64,000 bases of DNA from Myxococcales bacterium (lineage in GTDB: Bacteria; Myxococcota_A; UBA9160; UBA4427), in assembly GCA_014240165.1 (NCBI GenBank), contig JAAZXM010000003.1, forward strand, positions 26,347 to 90,346, in the 5' to 3' direction. The notes beneath the pieces were generated by a model, which had not been told where the DNA came from, ran no database searches, and saw nothing but the letters and a program-made list of their open reading frames with translations. The translations under genes were made by a program, and so were the position numbers. This document shows positions 59,305 through 64,000 of the stretch, piece by piece. Each line of letters opens with the position of its first letter. The stretch's first letter is position 1.

Positions 59305-60572
59305 GTGAAGCCGGCCTCGCCTCGGAGTTCGGAGCGGCGTGGGGATCGGCGGCCGAGGTGGTTGCGCAAATTCCCGATGGCGCTGTCCTGACGACCAGCC
59401 TGGTCGAGCCGACGACCCTGTTGACCGCTCTGTCCCAAACACAGACCAGCGGACGGGCGGTGGTGGCGGTGGCCGCCATGGGAACCCTGGCGCTGGGCCA
59501 GACGGGTCGCTTTCCCATCGTGACCGCCTTCGCGTCGCCGGTGTCCACGGCCTTGGCGGAAAGCGGCGTGTGCGAATATCTGCCCGGGCTTTTTTCGGAT
59601 GCCGAAAGACTCTTCGGGGCATTTGAGGCGGATTGCGTGCTGCTCCGTCTTTCGGCGCCCGACGCCCAAGGCCTTTGCTCCTACGGCTGGGCGTCGGCCT
59701 TTTCGCCGCATCTCTTCGAGCAGGCACGCCAGCGCGGAATTCCGATCCTGGCTGAAATCGACCCCACCATGCCGCATACGCGGAGCGGCCGGGAAGTTCC
59801 GGTGAGCCAGATCACCGCCGCATGCCTCGCCGAGGGAAATGCGGCCACTGAGGAAGTGGGGCCGCCCTCGCGCAATGCAGAGGCCATCGCGGCGCACCTC
59901 GATCCGCTGGTGCCCGACGGTTCGACGATTCAGGTGGGTATCGGTTCGGTGCCGGATGCCGCAATCGAGCGACTGACGGGAAGCGGGTACGGCGTTCACA
60001 CCGAGGTTCTCGGTCGGGGTCTGGCTCGGCTCATCGATGCTGGGCAAGCCGATGGACTTCAGAAAGCCGAAGATCCGGGCCTGGTGGTTTGCACCATTGC
60101 ATCCGTCGATGCCGAAGTGCGCAAATTGGTGGAGGATCCCGAGCGCGCCGAGATTCGTGCCTCGAGCGATGTGCTCGATCCCCGGGTGATTGCCCGTCAC
60201 AGCCAACTCCGCTGCATCAACAGCGCCCTGGCGGTGGATCTCAGAAGCCAGGTCAACGCCGAAACCCTGGGCTGGTCCCAGGTGGCCGGGGTCGGGGGGC
60301 AACTCGATTTCTTTCGGGGCGCCGGGATGGCGAAGAATGGGCTCCGCATCATCGTGTTGGGGAGCTCCACTTCGCGCGGGGAGAGCCGAATCGTCGCCAG
60401 CCATGCACCGGGTTCCGTCGTGACCGCCACCCGCTACGACGTGGACGTGGTGATTACCGAGCACGGCGTGGCCTGGTTGAAGGATCAGACCGACGAGGCG
60501 AGGGCCCGGGCATTGATCGAGGTGGCCGACCCCGCCCACCGAGAGGCTCTCTTTCGGGCGCGGTTCGCCTGA
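59301..60572 (+). CDS. Acetyl-CoA hydrolase / 4-hydroxybutyrate CoA-transferase family protein
   Basis: ATGA overlap. TIQVGIGSVPDA, GVHTE, GVGGQLDF, VVITEHG and ADPAHR motifs. Confidence 0.9.
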   Translation: MSEAGLASEFGAAWGSAAEVVAQIPDGAVLTTSLVEPTTLLTALSQTQTSGRAVVAVAAMGTLALGQTGRFPIVTAFASPVSTALAESGVCEYLPGLFSDAERLFGAFEADCVLLRLSAPDAQGLCSYGWASAFSPHLFEQARQRGIPILAEIDPTMPHTRSGREVPVSQITAACLAEGNAATEEVGPPSRNAEAIAAHLDPLVPDGSTIQVGIGSVPDAAIERLTGSGYGVHTEVLGRGLARLIDAGQADGLQKAEDPGLVVCTIASVDAEVRKLVEDPERAEIRASSDVLDPRVIARHSQLRCINSALAVDLRSQVNAETLGWSQVAGVGGQLDFFRGAGMAKNGLRIIVLGSSTSRGESRIVASHAPGSVVTATRYDVDVVITEHGVAWLKDQTDEARARALIEVADPAHREALFRARFA

Positions 60573-60841
60573 GGATCGAGGTCATCCCCTGCGGATCGAC
60601 TTCGACCGGTGCATTCGCTGTGGGTGAAGTGCCTCGGTTGGGTGGGGATGGTCAATTCCGCCGCGCCTGATCATTGCCTCTCAGTGAGGCTGAATGGCAA
60701 CGACGAGTGTGTGGCAAGCGATACAAAATGGGGGACTGAGCGTCACTTTTGCTCCTGCGCTTCGAGGAAATCGTTTCGATTCAATATTAAAACACTATTC
60801 TATTCCTGGGTCTGATCTTGCTGATGAGACCCAATTCCTAA

Positions 60842-60851
60842 GGGGGGGGGG
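60842..60851. repeat. G10 homopolymer at RBS position
   Basis: taaGGGGGGGGGGaatcATG. Confidence 0.9.
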
Positions 60852-60855
60852 AATC

Positions 60856-61095
60856 ATGATGAATAACGTACGAGTGTGGCTGCGCGAGGTGACCGAACTC
60901 GGTCTGCTTCTCGTCGCTTTGGCGGTTGTCCTGCAGATCCTGTTCGGATCGGCGATCCCGTTTATCGGGGGCGACGTGGTCGGGAATATCACCACGTTGG
61001 TGGGCAAGCTTGGCAATGACGGCCTGGTGGGGCTGATCTCCATCGGCATCATTCTCTATCTGTTCCAGAGAAGGCCGAGCGGCGCGACTGCCTGA
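60856..61095 (+). CDS. Small two-TM hypothetical membrane protein
   Basis: 79 aa: VTELGLLLVALAVVLQILFG...VVGNI...GLVGLISIGIILYLF. Has its own AT-rich upstream region and a downstream hairpin. Confidence 0.8.
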   Translation: MMNNVRVWLREVTELGLLLVALAVVLQILFGSAIPFIGGDVVGNITTLVGKLGNDGLVGLISIGIILYLFQRRPSGATA

Positions 61096-61103
61096 AAGTG
61101 CGT

Positions 61104-61138
61104 TGCCCCGCTCCGGCGCACGCTGCTGGGGCGGGGCA
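61104..61138 (+). terminator. Stem-loop terminator candidate
   Basis: tgccccgctccggc...gctggggcggggca followed by tcgtgtttct, between convergent genes. Confidence 0.6.
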
Positions 61139-61198
61139 TCGTGTTTCTGGGCTCTTCCATCTCGCCTGGGAGCGAGCGCAGGGGCCCAAAGCTTCGGC

Positions 61199-62458
61199 CT
61201 AGCGGCCGAAGCGGCGCTGGACCTGGAGCTGCCGATCGGCCAATTGGTTCCGGCGATCCTCGGGGCTGAAGTGCGGGGTATCCGAGGCCAACTGCGCCCG
61301 AAGCTGGCTCAGGGCCACCAGTTCCGCCGTGGGCGCGTCTTCATCGCTGATGGGCGTCTCGAGGCCCTGGAAGCGGAGGAAGAAGAATCCCTCGGACAGG
61401 CCCGTGGTGTCCAGCCAATTCGGCACCCCGGGGTCGGCTTTCGAGATCACGTAGGTATAGAGGCCATCCGAGCCCAGGCGGGCCTGCCCAGCCGAGAGAC
61501 TCGTCTGACGATTGGCCCACTCGAGCGCGTCGAACCAGTCGTTGGCGAGTTGCACCCCCTGGTAGCGCGCGTCGGTTCGCGGCACCCGGATGATGAGGGC
61601 CTCGTCATCCTCCAACGAGAATCGCCCCGCTGCGGAAACCTGGCCCGCCAGGCCCTGTCCGCCGGTTTCCCGGGGCTTCATCACCTGGTTGTCGAGGGAG
61701 AAAAGCCGAATCCGGGCGGCGAAGTCCACCCAGAACTCCGCGGCATCGGGCACCGCTGACGCGGTTTTGCGGATTCTCTCGGATACCTGACCGCTGTCGT
61801 AATCGGCCTGCGGCCTCCCCAGCCCGGCTGCGGGGACGATCTCGATCCGCCCGGCGCGCTCTTGCGCCCAATCCGAATGGGACCAGCGCACCAGCAGAAG
61901 CGCCGAGGTGGCGTCGGTGGCCAACCAATTGGTTTCCCGGGGCGTCGGGCCCACGGCCACCTCGAAGTGTCCACCCGGATCGGTGATGAGCCCATCAGCG
62001 GAGAGCGTGGACACGCTTCGAAGTTTGCCCTCAACCCCCGGGTTCGCTTCGTAGACCTGCAGGACGAGGTCGGCTGTCGAGCCGCGGGTGCCCCGCAGGA
62101 TGTAGTCCACCCCGGGCCGAATGATTGCGCTTTCGTAGAGGTTGTCGGGGTTCACCATCCCGACATGACCCGATTCGGGGTAGGAGGGGCGAAAGGCCGG
62201 GTAGTCCGGGTCGGCGAATACGTTGCGTTGAAGTTGTTGAAGCAGGATTTCGCTGACGTATCGCCCGCCATCCGCATCCTTGCGGCGGCTCCCGGCGGCC
62301 GAGGAGGTTTCGGCAAAGTCGGCGGCATGCGAGAGGGCCTCGCCCAGGCCGCGGAGGGAGGACCAGGGGTTGTCGGTGCCTTCTTGACTGGGCGTGTTTT
62401 GAGCGTCGCAGGCCAGACCCACGATTCCCAGAAGGATCAGCGGCGCGAAAAGCTTCAA
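61199..62458 (-). CDS. DUF1214-like lipoprotein
   Basis: Lipobox GLAC. NPDNLY, HSDW, DEALII, RQTSLS and ISKADPGVPNWLDTTG motifs. Confidence 0.7.
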   Translation of the reverse strand: MKLFAPLILLGIVGLACDAQNTPSQEGTDNPWSSLRGLGEALSHAADFAETSSAAGSRRKDADGGRYVSEILLQQLQRNVFADPDYPAFRPSYPESGHVGMVNPDNLYESAIIRPGVDYILRGTRGSTADLVLQVYEANPGVEGKLRSVSTLSADGLITDPGGHFEVAVGPTPRETNWLATDATSALLLVRWSHSDWAQERAGRIEIVPAAGLGRPQADYDSGQVSERIRKTASAVPDAAEFWVDFAARIRLFSLDNQVMKPRETGGQGLAGQVSAAGRFSLEDDEALIIRVPRTDARYQGVQLANDWFDALEWANRQTSLSAGQARLGSDGLYTYVISKADPGVPNWLDTTGLSEGFFFLRFQGLETPISDEDAPTAELVALSQLRAQLASDTPHFSPEDRRNQLADRQLQVQRRFGR

Positions 62459-62479
62459 TGAATTCGCTCCACGTGCGCT

Positions 62480-63682
62480 TCAAGCACCATTCATGATGGT
62501 GCCCGCACCTTCCAGGCGTGTGATCTCATCTTGGGAATAGCCGAGTTCGAGCAGGACTTCGGTCGTGTGCTCTCCGTGCAGGGGGGGCATTCTGCGTCTC
62601 GGGTCCTGGGCTGTCTTGTCGAAACGTGCCGCGGGCCGGGCCTGGTGATAGGTGCCCGCAGTGGGGTGTTCGAAGTCGAGGATGGCTTCGTTGTGGGTGA
62701 TCTGATCGTTCTGGAAGACTTGCTCGAGATTGAGAACCGGGCCCACCGGGACGTCCTCCGCCAGCATGCGGGCAATCAGGTTTTCCGTGGTTTCCTCGAG
62801 CATGGCAGCGGCAATCTTCTCGCCGAGCGCGGTGAGGTTTTCGATATTGCCCCGGACCTGGGTGTCGCAGAAACGGGGATCCTCGATCCACTCCGGGTGC
62901 CCCAGCGCGCGAAAGAGGCCGTGCATCTCTTGATCCGTGGCAGCGAAGTAGACCAGGTGTCCGTCCTGGGTCTGAGAGAGTCTGTAGATCTCATAGAGAG
63001 CGAGGCCAGCGGGAGCGTCGTCGCCCCCGAAAGTATGGGACAGCATGCCATCGGGCCAGAAGAAGGCGAGGGAAGAGTCCAGCATGGGGACATCGATGTG
63101 CTGGCCGCCGGCGCCTCGTTCCCGGGCGAAGAGCGCCGCGGTGATGGCCTGGGCGGCGGTGTAGGCACTCGACTTGTCGGCCACGATATTTCTGACCAGG
63201 TCGGGGATCGGCACTTCGGGATTCACCTGGACTGCACTGTGGCCCGAAAGGCCCTGGATGATCGGGTCGTAGACCCGCCGCTGGCTATAGGGGCCATCGG
63301 GGCCGTAGCCCGAGATCGAGCAGTAGATGAGATCAGGGTTGAGCGCACGCAGGTCCGAATCACCGAGGCCCAGGCGATCCGCTGCGCCGGGCCTCCAATT
63401 CTGCACGAAGACATCCGCTTCGCGGATCAGCCGATGGGCGGCAGCCAGGCCATCTTCCCGGGTCAGGTCGAGGGCGATGGCTCGCTTGTTGCGATTGCAA
63501 TTGGCGTAGAAGGAGGTGAGCCCGCCCCGGGCGATGGTATTGAGGCGCAGGGTGTCTCCCGCCGTGATGGGTTCGAGTTTGACGACATCCGCCCCCTGGT
63601 CCGCCAGCATCATCGTCGCCAGCGGTCCGGAGACCACTGCCGATGCATCCACCACCTTGATCCCCTCGAGCGCTCCGGCCAA
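62480..63682 (-). CDS. CoA transferase family III (CaiB/BaiF)
   Basis: GPLATMMLADQGADVVKLE, NRNKR, QNWRPG, SGYGPDGP, VADK (catalytic Asp) and PLHGEHT motifs. Confidence 0.93.
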   Translation of the reverse strand: MAGALEGIKVVDASAVVSGPLATMMLADQGADVVKLEPITAGDTLRLNTIARGGLTSFYANCNRNKRAIALDLTREDGLAAAHRLIREADVFVQNWRPGAADRLGLGDSDLRALNPDLIYCSISGYGPDGPYSQRRVYDPIIQGLSGHSAVQVNPEVPIPDLVRNIVADKSSAYTAAQAITAALFARERGAGGQHIDVPMLDSSLAFFWPDGMLSHTFGGDDAPAGLALYEIYRLSQTQDGHLVYFAATDQEMHGLFRALGHPEWIEDPRFCDTQVRGNIENLTALGEKIAAAMLEETTENLIARMLAEDVPVGPVLNLEQVFQNDQITHNEAILDFEHPTAGTYHQARPAARFDKTAQDPRRRMPPLHGEHTTEVLLELGYSQDEITRLEGAGTIMNGA

Positions 63683-63831
63683 CCGTCATCCTCCTCTTTG
63701 TCAGGGGGATCGAGGGTACATCGCGACCCAGGTATGGGCGAGCGGGTTCTGGCCGGGCCTATGCCCGGATCTCGTCATGGGCGGGGGGGGTTGTGTACGA
63801 TTCAATCTACCCACAGACCCCCGCGGCCCGC

Positions 63832-64000
63832 TTGAGCGAAATATCCGACCCCAAAACTCGAACTCGATTGCTGGCGCGCTTCATCGAGGCCCAGCGCCGC
63901 GACGGTCCCCTTTTGCTCTGGGCACTGGTCGTAGGCATCCTGGCGGGCGGGGTGGGAGGGGCCTTTCGGGCATTGGTCGGAAAACTGGCCGAACTTCGCA
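63832..64000 (+). CDS. Probable ClC-family H+/Cl- antiporter, N-terminal fragment truncated by window edge
   Basis: Open frame LSEISDPK...LLLWALVVGILAGGVGGAFRALV resembles ClC helix B. Only 56 codons are visible. Confidence 0.5.
   Translation, partial: MSEISDPKTRTRLLARFIEAQRRDGPLLLWALVVGILAGGVGGAFRALVGKLAELR

Noticed and set aside
57679-59727. 682-aa minus-strand ORF
   Set aside because: It is an antisense shadow spanning thiolase, MaoC and CoA-transferase, with no coherent domain.
1-64000. Mobile elements, defence systems, tRNA/rRNA
   Set aside because: I recognised no transposase, integrase, nuclease, RT, toxin-antitoxin or structural RNA signatures by eye.

Overview
This is 64 kb of GC-rich bacterial chromosome with about 50 densely packed CDSs. 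I found no rRNA, tRNA, CRISPR array, transposase, integrase or phage genes. The gene mix suggests an aquatic Gram-negative heterotroph, possibly uncultured Myxococcota (inference only). That mix includes PEP-CTERM and IPTL-CTERM sorted proteins, lipoproteins, many acyl-CoA enzymes, SDRs, F420-type LLM oxidoreductases, a P450 and an E. coli-type MetG. Four loci stand out. (1) 42202-44427 is a close homolog of tungsten acetylene hydratase. It keeps the catalytic Asp and metal-ligand Cys but has a remodelled substrate pocket, and it is divergently linked to a paired acyl-CoA dehydrogenase operon. (2) 30156-38893 is an extracytoplasmic copper/heme divergon: a beta-propeller di-heme lipoprotein, a 1279-aa multicopper oxidase with an unexplained ~420-aa C-terminal extension, and a SCO-cytochrome c-PCuAC triple fusion. 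(3) 21891-28913 is a TetR-controlled orphan catabolic divergon: enolase-superfamily enzyme, NRAMP-fold transporter lacking metal motifs, DUF1080 lipoprotein, DHDPS-like aldolase and flavin ene-reductase. (4) 1912-6934 is a surface lectin locus with a phospholipase C-like/C-type lectin/triple bulb-lectin chimera. All family calls come from motif recognition by eye and from recall of known proteins, not from database searches.
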